63,998 nt of DNA, filler included, from Rhizaria sp. SCN 62-66 (GCA_001724265.1; 4 parts of 4 records of this genome joined end to end with filler, not necessarily neighbours in it); one strand, 5' to 3'; counted from the whole stretch's first letter, positions 35,143-47,000 are shown. Numbers and translations are program-made. Notes: generated from the letters alone by a model not told the origin.

Positions 35143-36027
35143 CACCGGGTCCCAGTTGACCACGGCATGCTTCTGGTAGGCCAGTCCGGCGGCGTGCAGG
35201 CGCAGGAAGAGCCACTGCGTCCACTTGTAGTAGTCCTCGTGGCAGGTGGCGACCTCGCGCGCCCAGTCGAAGCGGCAGCCTAACAGGTCGAGCTGCGCGC
35301 GCATCTGCTTGATGTTGGCGTAGGTCCACGCCTCGGGCGAGGTCCCGCGCTCAATCGCCGCGTTCTCGGCCGGCAGCCCGAAGGCGTCCCAGCCCATCGG
35401 GTGCAGCACGGCGAAGCCGCGCAGCGCGTAGAAGCGCGCCAGCGCGTCGCTGATGGTGTAGACGCGCACGTGGCCCATGTGCAGCGAGCCGGACGGGTAG
35501 GGAAACATCGCCAGAGAGTAAAACGACGGGCGTTCGGCAGGCGACGCCGCCGCGTCACTGGTGGTCTCACCCGCGCTCGCAGCGGCGCCCGCTCTCTCGT
35601 CGTCGGCGCCGCGGGCGAAGGTCGGCGTGAGCGGCGTGGCGCACACGGAGGAGAAGGGCGAGGGCTGCGCAATGCGCCACGAGCGCCGCCAGCGCGGCTC
35701 GGCGCGCCGGAAGTCGAAGTGTGTGTCCGTCGACACGCTCACGGTCTCTCCCGCGGCAGCAGCGGTGGCAGCGGCGGCCGTCAGGGCGCGGAAGGGCTGC
35801 GAGAGCAGGGGCAGCGCGGCGACGGAGATGAGGGCGCCGCCGAGCCTGCGAGCGCTGCGAGCGCTACTAACGCTGTTGCTGCTGCGCGAGAGCGAGTTCA
35901 GACACGAGGCAAGCGGCGAGGCGGAGAAAGAGCGAGTTGAGAGCTGCGCAACTGCTGCAACTGTCGTGTTCCGGAGAGTGCTGCGCGAAGCAGCAACAGC
36001 ACTGGAGCGACTCAGACGGAGCATCAT
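31741..36027 (-). CDS. LARS2: Leucine--tRNA ligase, bacterial/mitochondrial type, with N-terminal transit peptide and large Ala-rich insertions
   Basis: [95 protein letters not shown]. Arg/Ser-rich presequence. Confidence 0.96.
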
Positions 36028-36493
36028 TGTGGACAACAGCTTAGTACAGCGACAGAGCGCTATGAGAGGCCAGCGGAATGTGTGCTGAGAAGTACTCTGT
36101 GAAGAGACTGCAGTCTGTTCCAGGGACAGACACCGGGGAGATCAGATGGGGAGGGTGAAGCTGCTGTACAGGGAGAAGAAGTGCGAGGGGATATCGCAAA
36201 GAAGATGAGAGGTATGGAGAATAAAGATTGCATGATAAAAACATAAATAAAAGGGTATCATAGAATGCATAAAACAGTCGTTATTAACGATCAAGAAAAG
36301 GCGCATGACAAAAAAATTATGAGGCACCACACTCTGGTCTCAATCGTTGCATCGGAAAATGAAGGACCACAAGAATAAAGGTACTTCGGTGTGGTTCGTA
36401 AAAAGACCCACCATGGACTCGGCGGGGTGACGTCGGTCACAGAAAAGCGAGTGAGGGTGAAATCAGTGCGATAGGCCACGCTGTATTAACGTC

Positions 36494-38507
36494 ATGAGCC
36501 AACCGTATATGGTCGACCACAAGGTACGTGAGTGTTCTATCACCTCTTTTTTTTTTTTGTGCGTTGACGATAGAGGTGTCTCGCCCGCGCGTTTCCCGTG
36601 CCGCAGGGTGAATCTCCACACGCGAGCCCTCCTCCAATTGCTCCTGGACCTTGCCATAGTTCTTATCAACATATTTCACTTTTTAAACATTATCAGAGGA
36701 TATTACACATGCGATTCTTTTCTTCAACGCTGTAACTTTCCATTACACTCACAAATCACCCCGCATCGCCTGTCCCCCCTTCTTCTCCACTTGCAACTTC
36801 ACTCTCGATCAACTCTGTGTAGCGCGGCGAGATCGCCGAGCTGGGCCAGCTGCTGGCGAGCTCCAAGACTAAGGACAAGCGCGACATTATTAAGAAGGTG
36901 ATGGCGTACATGTCCTTGGGCATCGACGTTTCGCGCCTCTACTCGGAGATGATCATGGCCAGCAGCACCACGAACCTGGTGCAGAAGAAGATGGTCTATC
37001 AGTACCTCACCACGTACGCCCGCGCCAAACCCGATTTGGCGCTGCTGTGCATCAACACGCTGCAGCGCGACTGCAACGACACGGACCCCATGGTTTGCGG
37101 CCTTGCGCTGCGCTCGCTCGCCTCGCTGCGCATGCCCAACATCACAGAGTACGCGCTCCCGCCCGTCTACGCCGGCCTGCGCCACCGCTCGCCCTACGTC
37201 CGCAAGACGGCCGTGCTCGCCGCCGTCAAGCTCCACAACTGGGCGCCTCAGGCCGTGCAGGACTCCGCCGGCGACCTCCTCGACGTCCTCTACTCGCTCC
37301 TCCGCGACGGCGACGCACAGGTACGTTATCTTCCGCTCAAAACAACTACTTTCGGTCTGTTTTATTTGTTTCGAGAGATGTTTTCAGGTTTTTTATCGCA
37401 GTTCTGACTTTAAATCGATTGTCGACTTTTTGTTTTTTGTTCTGTTCTTTAGGTCGTGGTCAACGCGCTGCTGGCGCTGAACGAGATCCTGGCGGCGGAC
37501 GGCGGTGTAGCGCTGACGTCGAAGCTCATGCTGTACCTGTTCAACCGGCTTCACGAGTTCCCCGAGTGGGGCCAGTGCGCTGTGCTGCAGCTGGCGACGC
37601 GCTACACGCCGCAGTCCGAGGACGAGATGTTCGACATCATGAACCTGCTCGAGGACCGCTTCCGCCACGCGAACTCGGCCGTCGTGCTCGCAACCACTAA
37701 GGTCTTCCTCAAGCTCACCGAGCACTCGCCCGACCTGCGCTACGACGTGCTGCGCCGCCTCAAGTCGCCGCTGCTCACGCTCATGTCCGCGGGCGGCGCC
37801 GAGCTCGCGTACGTCATCCTGGCGCACCTGCGCGTGCTCGTCGGCCTCGCGCCCTCGGTCTTCGCAGACGCGCACAAGCAGTTCTACTGCCGCCACAACG
37901 ACTCGACGGCCGTCAAGTTGCTCAAGATCGACATCCTCGCGCTCGTCGCCGCCGCCTCGGCCGCCGTCGCCGCGCCCGTCGTGGCCGAGTTGGCCGAGTA
38001 CGCCGCCTCCTCGGCCGCCGCGGCCGCCGCGGACGCGGGCGTCGCCGAGGCTGCCACGCGCGCGCTGGGCGCCGTTGCCGTCGCCGTGCCCGCCGTTGCT
38101 GACAGCGCCATCGACGCCCTCCTGCAGTGCGTCGAGACCAGTCCGCTGCTCTCCTCGCGCGCGCGCGCTGCCGCCGCGGCCGGCGCCAACGGCGCGGGCT
38201 CCGCCGCCGCGGCCACCAGCGCCGCCGCGGCGGCCGCGGCCTCGGACCCCGGGCTGGACGGCGTGACGGCTGAGGCCGCCGTAGCGCTGCGCGACGCGCT
38301 GCGGCGCTACCCCGAGCGCGCCTCGGACGTGTTGCCGCCGCTGCTGCGCGTGTTCGCGGCGCTGGACCGCGCGACGCCCTCGGCCAACACGTGCCGCGCG
38401 GCGGCCGCGGCGCTGTGGGCGCTGGGCGCGGCCGGCGACGCCGTGGCCGTGGCGCCCGCGCTGCTCGAGCAGGCCGTCGGCGCCTGGGCCGAGGCCGAGG
38501 CCGAGGC
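36494..38507 (+). CDS. AP4B1: Adaptor complex beta subunit, most like AP-4 beta; truncated at contig end
   Basis: Exons 36494-36523, 36823-37320, 37453->38507. K|RGEIAEL...KKVMAYMSLGIDVSRLYSEMIMA, LALRSLASLR, SPYVRKTAV, EWGQCAVL. Confidence 0.88.
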
Positions 38508-38607
38508 NNNNNNNNNNNNNNNNNNNNNNNNNNNNNNNNNNNNNNNNNNNNTTAATTAATTAANNNNNNNNNNNNNNNNNNNNNNNNNNNNNNNNNNNNN
38601 NNNNNNN
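38508..38607. other. Artificial contig linker
   Basis: N-run + TTAATTAATTAA + N-run. Confidence 0.98.
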
Positions 38608-38608
38608 C

Positions 38609-38694
<86 letters not shown>
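38608..38694. repeat. (CAA)n microsatellite at contig start
   Basis: About 29 perfect CAA units; probably caused the assembly break. Confidence 0.95.
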
Positions 38695-38859
38695 AAGATA
38701 TGTTTCAAAATAATGTATTGGAAATAAAACACGAATTTATGACATACGCTGTGCCTGCCGGCGGAAGGTTGGAACGTAAACACTATAATATATCAGCGCA
38801 CTTGCCAAAAAATGGGTGAGCAAGTCAGTCTGAACTTTTTCAGTCTGGCCCTCAAGATT

Positions 38860-41373
38860 TCACGGATGTGAAATTGATACGTTTGTAATGTGAGCGCCAG
38901 ATCTGCAGCTCTCAGCCTGGCAGCGCATCGCAAAGCACTTCAAGACTGTCGTATCAAAGGGCGAATGCCAGTTGTCGAGCGTTGCTGGCTCATCCCTTTC
39001 AATACACGACACCACACGACCAACGGGCACAGCGCCCCGCAGCAGGCCCATTGGACACGGCTTGAAGACGATAAACCACGGCGTGCGAGAAGCATCGCGA
39101 GGACCAATCTTCGGAGTGACTGAGCCAGGACACATCAGCACTGTACCGATGGGATATTCCGCAAGATTGCTTGTGTTTGCGCCTGTGTACTCACCGTATA
39201 CAATATCACTCACCAGAAGCTCCAGAGGCGCTGTGGCACAGGACTGACTATGACTATTGCACAGCGTGACAAACGGAAGCGAAGCCGCCGTGTCTTGGCC
39301 GAGGGGCACGTAACACGTGTGGAGCGTGTCGCTGAGAGCGTGTTGGTGTGCAGCAGTGTAAAAGTGGGCGGCATTGCAAGGAAACCTTTGATTGTTCAGA
39401 CGAATCACAAGGCGATACAGCGCATCCTGTTCTGACCGTGTGCCGGAGAGTTTCATCACCATCTTTACCTCCGTCAACGAAGAACCATAGCTTGATCCGT
39501 TCTGACGCTGATTACGAGCATGCACCAGGACGCGTTCACGGGCCCAAGCTTGCAATAAAGCCAAAGCGGCGGCTGACGGCGCGCCGTGATACCGCGTTTG
39601 GGCGGGAAGCGGTACGTATGTCTGAGAGCGACTATCGAGCTTCACCCGTCGCGGGAAACCGCTCTCTTCCAGACTGCAAGCAATGTGCGCTTCAAATGCA
39701 ACCTGCCACTTGTTATGTGGCAGCATGAATGAGCGCGTCTCCGTAAGTGTCTGCAGTCGCATCTCTTCTGTCATTGCAATCGTAATTCGATCAAGTCCAA
39801 CAGTCTTTATGCCCATAAGCAATGCACGGAGCTCCGTCAATTCATGAAGTATCGCGTCATGGTCGTCCCATTGCATGCAATTGTCATACAGCAACAGCTC
39901 GAGCGCTTGTGGCCCGCGATTAACAATAAACTCGGCTACAATCGGGTTGTTACACGGCATTGCGCTGCAATCTTTAGGGTCGATCAACAAATCGCCAGCA
40001 CGGATCAACTCGCGAAGAAAGCGCAGAAGCTGCACAAGATGCGCTGCACTTGGCCATTCCTTGTCGGGCCTTTCTTCTGGACTGCGCTGTGACATTAGAA
40101 AACGTGTTAGAAACATGCAGCAAATGTCGACGGCGCCGCTAGAAAGCAGATGCTGCGCCGCACGCGATGCGTCGGACGATGTGATTAGGATGCGTTCAAA
40201 CGATAGCGCAATGTTGATTGGCAACGACTGATAAGACCAAAAGTGACGATCTGTAAAAAGGTCATTTACTATTTCTGTAATCCGTGCAAACTCGTCGGTC
40301 CAGAGGATTTTCTCGGTGAAATCAGGAAATCGAGTTGCAACGGTCGCAAAAATACCCATAAACAAGCTAAGCTCCTTCATTGAGTAAGTTTTAGCTGGAC
40401 TAATATTCAATAGGAAGCGCTTAACACGTTTGTCAGTGAAAGCACACGCAAACACAGTGTCGTCAAATATGTTCAGGAACTTCTGCAGTTTTTGCAAGTC
40501 ATCCGAGTCCGAAAGATTCAACAGAGGTTCAAAGTCGGCACTAGTCACAAATCCCACAAGGTCCTCATGGCGTTGCGCTGCTTCTATCTCACTGCCACTG
40601 CTGCTACACTCGAATAGACTGTGTAACGCACTGTAGGCGTGATTGAGCACGAGACGAGTTTCAGGGCCATCACGCGCTACATCGGGAGACAAATAACGTC
40701 GAATAATGTTGCGTCCCAGTGGAACAAAAAATGACACAGTGGCGTATGGAATTTGAGAGACTGATGTTGTTAATGTAACAGGGCCACTTATTTTGCTTGA
40801 AACAAGTGTGAACAGAACCTTACTCAAAGCAGTGTAGTAGTTGTTGTCATAACCGGCTCTAACGTGGTCCTGTTCGTCAACCTTAAGCATATACGGCAAC
40901 AAGTGTGCAAGTGCAGTCAGCTTGGCAGGTCTGGTTAGGGGTGACTCGCAGACAATCGTGTCCACCAGCGTAAGAATCGCAGTGACGAGGCTTTGCTGTT
41001 GCCAGTTCTGATTGAGATCAGGCAGAAGAGCAATCAGTCTCTCGGCAGTTCCGCACTCAGCAAGAATATCAATGCAGCCCGCCCTGCCCAAACCTTCAAA
41101 TATCCAGACGATGTTGTTGATCCTAGCCACGACAGCGTTTGCAGCAGGGTCATTGTCTCCGGTGAACACGAGTGACTGAAGAAGCAGCGGAACAGCCCCA
41201 CTCTCTCCCACCATGTCCATGCATTTTGCGGCAACATCACCATGGCTTGAAAATGCTGCGTTAATAAGCTCTAATAAGACTGTCCCATCTTTCTCAAAAG
41301 CCGTTGTGACGCGCCCCAACGCGGTGTGTAAGCGAAGGAAGATTGAGAGTTCTAGGCGTTGTTGATGACTCAT
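38860..41373 (-). CDS. Intronless 837-aa protein: ARM/importin-alpha-like helical repeats plus degenerate cyclophilin-like C-terminal domain
   Basis: ARM-like segments GESGAVPLLLQSL, ECGTAERLIALL, LLSSGAVDICC, NPIVAEFIVNRGPQALELL. C-terminus RLVIRL..FPCNAAHF...IGTVLM...WFIVFKPCP..LRGAVPVGRVVS follows cyclophilin motif order. Confidence 0.6.
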   Translation of the reverse strand: MSHQQRLELSIFLRLHTALGRVTTAFEKDGTVLLELINAAFSSHGDVAAKCMDMVGESGAVPLLLQSLVFTGDNDPAANAVVARINNIVWIFEGLGRAGCIDILAECGTAERLIALLPDLNQNWQQQSLVTAILTLVDTIVCESPLTRPAKLTALAHLLPYMLKVDEQDHVRAGYDNNYYTALSKVLFTLVSSKISGPVTLTTSVSQIPYATVSFFVPLGRNIIRRYLSPDVARDGPETRLVLNHAYSALHSLFECSSSGSEIEAAQRHEDLVGFVTSADFEPLLNLSDSDDLQKLQKFLNIFDDTVFACAFTDKRVKRFLLNISPAKTYSMKELSLFMGIFATVATRFPDFTEKILWTDEFARITEIVNDLFTDRHFWSYQSLPINIALSFERILITSSDASRAAQHLLSSGAVDICCMFLTRFLMSQRSPEERPDKEWPSAAHLVQLLRFLRELIRAGDLLIDPKDCSAMPCNNPIVAEFIVNRGPQALELLLYDNCMQWDDHDAILHELTELRALLMGIKTVGLDRITIAMTEEMRLQTLTETRSFMLPHNKWQVAFEAHIACSLEESGFPRRVKLDSRSQTYVPLPAQTRYHGAPSAAALALLQAWARERVLVHARNQRQNGSSYGSSLTEVKMVMKLSGTRSEQDALYRLVIRLNNQRFPCNAAHFYTAAHQHALSDTLHTCYVPLGQDTAASLPFVTLCNSHSQSCATAPLELLVSDIVYGEYTGANTSNLAEYPIGTVLMCPGSVTPKIGPRDASRTPWFIVFKPCPMGLLRGAVPVGRVVSCIERDEPATLDNWHSPFDTTVLKCFAMRCQAESCRSGAHITNVSISHP

Positions 41374-43032
41374 CCGTCACAGAGTCGTGCACCGCCGCTA
41401 TTATGCCTATGTAGAGGAAACAGCTCGCGTGTCGAATAGAACAAAAGTTATTCTTTCCTGATGGCTGCACAAATGTCTTGGGTACACGCTCTGAAAGCTA
41501 TTATCATAGAAGATACGGTCAATCACAAGGAGTCATGAGCGTGTGGGGTGGCCGTCTAGCAAACCACATCTGTTCATCATAAAAATCTCATCTGCGCGAA
41601 ACAAAAACATTAAAAACAACGCTAAATGTGTGCTTTCTATCGTAACTCGCTGCAATCCTGACTGTTAACGATGCATAATCGCAGCACACTGCTGTAAAGT
41701 TTAGCCAAGTTTGGTTCTTGCTTCACAACTGTGACACTCACCACAAATCGTCTATCTTTTCATTAAACTTCGAATTATGACCCCGGCATCGCTAAAAACG
41801 CTTAGAAAAATAAGCTTGTGTGGCTCTGTTTACAGAAATATACACAACTTTATTGTGTAGCCCCCTTCTTCATCTATGACCACGAAAATAAGATGACTTA
41901 GCGTGACTCAGAAACCGAGTTCGCTGCGAGCGCTGTGCATTGATAGAGGCCGTAGCACCAGAATCAGAGTTCCGTTCATCTTCCTGTCTGTTCGGTTGGT
42001 ATAAGGGGCGACCTGTGTTAGCTGTTCTATCACTGTATAACAGCAACGTATGACACGATGGAGCTCTCAGTTTACTACAGGCTGCATCATTTGAGTAGGC
42101 AGTAGTGCACTCTCGTGCTGCTAACCTCGTTCATACAGACACACGGACAACTCCACAAAGTATATGCATGCCTCTCAAGCACAATGATAAGCAGGTCTAC
42201 CTAACTCGAGTACCTGTGCTTGTTAGAGCAAAGACCACGACGAGATCCGCGAACATTTTGTGGGGCGTGTATCACTCACACTCTCCCTCGTGCGACTCAT
42301 CATGTTTCCAGAAGCAAGAAGAATGCGTGTGCGCTGACAAAACTCCAATAAAAACGGGTACACAACGCTCATTTGATTGAAATGAACATTGTGCTGTCTT
42401 AGAGGGTGGTCTAGATGACAAGGCTCGTGATGGTAAGCCATAACGAAGCGAGTCATAGGCAAAAGCTCCATCTGATGATCAAAATCGTACGATCACCACA
42501 TGATCTTGAAATAAAATATCCATATCTAATCAAAAAGCTTGTCTTATCATGTCGTACTCCTATTCTACGATGGCTGATGCCACGCAAAAGCAGGTAAGAA
42601 TCGCGGCCTTCGCTCAGCCAGAGCTGGTGGCAAGTTGCGCGGCTTTCCAAGAGACAGCATCTCTCAATGAGGATTGAGACTTAAGACACACATTTGAATC
42701 CTAAAATAGATCCGTATCTATGAAATGTTATTTCAGAGTCTATGGCTGGTTCCGGTGAAATACTAGTACTAGTAACATATCTGCGCTCGTTTTCCCTGAA
42801 AGCCAACTGTTGCTCAAGTCCAAAGCACCGTTTACAATAGCCTAGTGACAGAATCACAGCTTTGAAGAAACATCACATGATTAAATTTTTTTCACAAAAC
42901 TTATAAAATTCCATTGGATCCCTCAAAAGAACCTCCTAACCCGTCTAAAAATGCATTGAACACTCTTAGCGCTTTTTTGTGGCTCTATATCTGTAATTCG
43001 GCGGGAAAATCATCGAAGCAATCGATTCAACT

Positions 43033-43106
43033 GCTCTTGTGGCTCAGTTGGTAGTAGCGTGCGGCTGTTAACCGCAAGGTCGCTGGTTCGAGCCCAGCCA
43101 GGAGCG
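43033..43106 (+). tRNA. tRNA-Asn(GTT), copy 1
   Basis: Acceptor GCTCTTG/CAGGAGC, anticodon arm TGCGG-CTGTTAA-CCGCA, T arm GCTGG-TTCGAGC-CCAGC; oligo-T Pol III terminator follows. Confidence 0.95.
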
Positions 43107-43569
43107 TCTTTTTTTTTTTGCCCCACGCATGCACAGTGCTGTCCGCAGTGCGGAAGCATACTATTTTTTTGCTCCGTCTTCGTCATGCGTCAACGACACT
43201 TAAACATCCTCCGCAGTCGGACGTATCAAGCTTTCTTGCTCAGCGGTACTCTTTTAAGAATGTGTCCAGACGAGTGGTACAAGAAGTGTGTACTGTTGTG
43301 TATGAACAAAGAGTGGCAAAGACACGAAGAATTGTCACTAAAGTGACTAGAAATAGAGGACAAACATGAGCGATATGGAACGATGACATCTAAAACTTAC
43401 TTAACGTACGAGAAATATCAAAAACAATGACTACGTCGAACATAAAAACAATACCCATTCGCATCATTTAAAATAGATAAGCTTAAGAAAAAAACATGAA
43501 CTATGAAAAAGCAGACAATATCGCTACGTATCATGACAGACAACACTAACAACTGTCACACATGCATGC

Positions 43570-44260
43570 TCTCGATGCCGTAGCACTCAAGCAGTCCCGC
43601 ACGCCGTGCGTGCGCAGTACGCTATAGGCCGGGTTGTTGGTCCCGCTCATCTGATCTGTTGTGGAGTCGACACTCTGGTCGGGCTCGAAGTCGGTGGCCA
43701 CAATGAAGAGGATGACGCCGAGCGAGTAGGTGTCCGCGCAGAACGGGTTGTAGGGCTGGTGGTTAAGCACCTCAGGCGCCATATACTTGTACGTACGTGC
43801 CCACCACTTCCTGACTTGCGCGCACACGCACCGCGCTCAAGTCGGACTGCATCGCGGAGATCTCCTTGTCGTTCAGCACGTCGCCGAGTTGCGCGTCACC
43901 GAGCTGCTCCGCAGGCAGCGCCGCAAGCATCTCAGCGGGCACGGGCAGCGCGGGGTACTCACGAAGCGCCTCGGCCAGGTCGTCGGAATGCAGCGCCGCA
44001 CTCTCGGTGGCGCGCTTGTCGACCTCAACTCTGCGCGCGAGCTCGGCAAAAGCCTGGCAGCGCGGCGTTCTCGGGCAACTCGGTCGCAGGGATGGGCTCG
44101 ACGGAGAGTGCGAAGTTGAAATGGCTGGGCTTGACGCCGCCCTCGGGCGTGATGAAGATGTTCTGCGACTTCAGGTCACGGTGCGCGACAAAGAGGCGAC
44201 CGTTGTGCAAGTAGGTTGACACAAACTCAGTCGCACAGTAAAACGTGTGCGACATGCGGT
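43570..44260 (-). pseudogene. Ser/Thr protein kinase (CAMK-like) pseudogene fragment
   Basis: YLH...AHRDLKSQNIFI, DFG degraded to HFN, frameshifts (including a GTAC duplication near 43790), then YMAPEVL...ADTYSLGVILF. N-lobe missing. Confidence 0.8.
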
Positions 44261-44289
44261 GTGTGCGTGATCCCGAGGTGACGGCACGT

Positions 44290-46275
44290 TTAGCTCTTCT
44301 TTGCCGCAGCAATTAAGCTGCTCTTGATGTTCTTTGTCTTGACTGGATACTCTTCCACACGCCAAAAATCATCAAAATCAGCTTTGCTCATCACATGTGT
44401 TATTCCTATGTTGTGCCCGTTCTTCATTGGCAGCCTCACGTATACTTGTTGATTGGCAGCGGTTGACCCGGTATTATGCATCGTCAGCCGCTCGAGTGTG
44501 TCACGCACGACAGGGTCAATCGCCTTACGCACGCGTGACACGGCGCTGAGGTGGTCTGAGATTGCCTTGAGGCTGTCTGCTCCTTCGGCGAGGACCTCCG
44601 CTTGGACGTCCCCGTGCGCAACAAGCATGATGCTCGCGACCAGTGTCACAAAGCCGCGGAACTCGCGGGTGACCGGGGACGCGAGATCGTTCGAACACTC
44701 GAGATCAGCGGTGTAAGAGATAAGCGACGTGATTGCTGCAGCGTCAAAGCAAAGCCAAACCTGATCACGCACAAACATCAAGTCATTGAGCGTGAAGCTA
44801 TTGTTGTGAGCCGCAAGCAGTGTTTCAGTCCACTCTACGCCTTCAAGATCCTTGTAAACTGGCGACGCGCTCTTGCTTTTTTGTATGTAGTTAGCCGGAG
44901 CCGTCATAAGCCCCGCGGGTGCCACCGCTGAAAACGCCGCGACTGAGCGAATCACGGGATCGCTGTGCATAGTCAGCGAAAGGTAGCACGGCAACACGTT
45001 GGCGCGCAGCAGCTGCACGGTGAGCGCGGCGTCGCGGTGAAACATCGAGCAGCACCACAGCGCGGCCGACAGCACCGACGTCTCGCCAGTACTCGCGGGC
45101 AGGAACGCTGCGCACTCAGCAAGTAAGCCAAGCTTGGCCATGATCGGCAGCGCGGTGGCGCCGGACTTGCGCAAGAGAGCCTGCACAAACGCAAACGTGG
45201 CGTTTGCAACCGTACGCTCGTGCGTCGGGAAAGCGCTCCGACTCTTGCTGCCGTCGGCTGCGGCGAGATATGCGGGGCGAATGGCTGCGAGAAGGCTCAC
45301 CGCGCCCGCGAGCGCGCCGTCGGTGATGAGAGAACCCGGGCACTCGGGCCGGTTGGCCACCATCTCGGCCACGGCGAGCAGCGCTGTGGCCGCCGTCGCC
45401 ATGGCGCGCGGGAAAACTGTTGGCGCCGCAAAGGCGGAGCTCTTGCCGGAGTCCTTTGCAGCGGGATTAGTGGAGCCTGTCTGGGTAGGGTTGATGGCAG
45501 CGGCAGCGAGTGCGGGGAGGACGGCGTTGCTGAAGTCGGTCAATAGAGCGACAAGGCAGGCGTCGTCGGTACCATTGCCGGTTTGCGTGAACGCGGCCGC
45601 GGTGGACAACGCGGGCGCAAGCGCAATAAGCAGTGGCAGTGCAATGACGGGGGCGCGCTGGGGCGCGGCGAGGATCTTGGAGACGAACGCAGTGACTAAC
45701 GGCGACCACGCTTGCTCAGAAGACCTCAGGACACCGGTGTCGTCAGCGCGCGCAGGCTCCGCGGCAGCAACGTTGCTGGTAAGCTGGGCAAGGCGGAAGA
45801 GAGCCTCGCCGTCACCGAGGCTCGTCATGGTAATGGCGCGCGCGATTATTGAGATCTGGGTCGTCACGTCGGAGGCCACCGCCGCCTTGGTGAAAATACC
45901 GGCGAGCGCGGCTGTGACAGAGAAGACGTGGGAGCGCACTAACGCGTCCGTGTGAAAAAGAAACGGCGTAAGGTGCGGAAAACTAAGCACAATCTTGGCG
46001 CTGATCGATAAAAGACCAAGCTCAGATGTTGATGCTGCAGCATTTGAAGTGTTTGTTGAGAGGAATGAGAGCAACTTGCGCACGAGAGCGACTGCACTCA
46101 CTGTCTTCGCAGCTGCGTCGGCAGCGATTAGCAAGTCAAGCGCGGCGGATATGGCACATAAGAGCTCCTCTGGTGTCGACTCCTCGGTGCATGATGTCGA
46201 GACGGAGTTAATGTGTCCCGCGACGCGAGTAAGAACATCGCGTTTGACCTCATGGATCGTTGTCAGATACAACAT
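44290..46275 (-). CDS. Intronless 661-aa ARM/HEAT-like helical repeat protein
   Basis: Long ORF with amphipathic repeats (ITDGALAGAVSLL, MAKLGLLAECAAFL, LLRANVLPCYLSL..HSDPVIRSVAA). Confidence 0.6.
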   Translation of the reverse strand: MLYLTTIHEVKRDVLTRVAGHINSVSTSCTEESTPEELLCAISAALDLLIAADAAAKTVSAVALVRKLLSFLSTNTSNAAASTSELGLLSISAKIVLSFPHLTPFLFHTDALVRSHVFSVTAALAGIFTKAAVASDVTTQISIIARAITMTSLGDGEALFRLAQLTSNVAAAEPARADDTGVLRSSEQAWSPLVTAFVSKILAAPQRAPVIALPLLIALAPALSTAAAFTQTGNGTDDACLVALLTDFSNAVLPALAAAAINPTQTGSTNPAAKDSGKSSAFAAPTVFPRAMATAATALLAVAEMVANRPECPGSLITDGALAGAVSLLAAIRPAYLAAADGSKSRSAFPTHERTVANATFAFVQALLRKSGATALPIMAKLGLLAECAAFLPASTGETSVLSAALWCCSMFHRDAALTVQLLRANVLPCYLSLTMHSDPVIRSVAAFSAVAPAGLMTAPANYIQKSKSASPVYKDLEGVEWTETLLAAHNNSFTLNDLMFVRDQVWLCFDAAAITSLISYTADLECSNDLASPVTREFRGFVTLVASIMLVAHGDVQAEVLAEGADSLKAISDHLSAVSRVRKAIDPVVRDTLERLTMHNTGSTAANQQVYVRLPMKNGHNIGITHVMSKADFDDFWRVEEYPVKTKNIKSSLIAAAKKS

Positions 46276-46926
46276 CTTTGAAGGGTCTGCTTCACTTCAC
46301 AAAACGATAGGCAGAGAAACATAAATTCAGAGTATATATCAATCAGCTAAATACGTTTAACCTGAGTCTAACCGCCGCTCTAGATAGTGTCTTAGTCCTC
46401 ATCCAAAGTTTTAAATCTTGTTATTTGTGTGAGACGACGCACGTTCTGAGTCGAAAATTGTTTGTGGTGGCATCGGCATGCCGTGGCTAGAAATGGTGTA
46501 TCTTTTGACTTAACAAGTCCAAATCAAGAAGTATGCAAGACACTTCCAATTATTGCTTTAGATACGCAATACTATAACATCATAATGATTTCTCTCATCA
46601 GAACTGTTCGTTATCACTGCATATCTTCTCATGAAAGCGCCACTAACATCACTTAAACATCTCAAAAAGTTATATACGAATATCAAATCAAGTTTAGTAA
46701 ATAAAAAAACTTGCAACCTTCTTTGACAACGTTGATAGCTGATTGATAAAGCTATAATAGCGATTTATGGAGGGAAATAGTCATCTTAATGCCACGTCCA
46801 CCATGAAAATTTGAAAATACCAATATCTAAGATTTGTCTTTAGCAGACACAGTAAGCAACATCTGAACAAGATGTGCGTTGTTTTTTTTTGCTCCTCCAC
46901 ACTTTACATCTTACTCAGTGTGGAAA

Positions 46927-47000
46927 GCTCTTGTGGCTCAGTTGGTAGTAGCGTGCGGCTGTTAACCGCAAGGTCGCTGGTTCGAGCCCAGCCAGGAGCG
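46927..47000 (+). tRNA. tRNA-Asn(GTT), copy 2 (identical to 43033-43106)
   Basis: 74/74 nt identical to copy 1; followed by T10. Confidence 0.95.

Noticed and set aside
38556..38783. Poly-Cys ORF
   Set aside because: Antisense translation of the (CAA)n microsatellite running into Ns.
41400..43000. Short ORFs between the ARM-cyclophilin gene and tRNA-Asn
   Set aside because: No motifs, codon bias or transposase/RT signatures seen.
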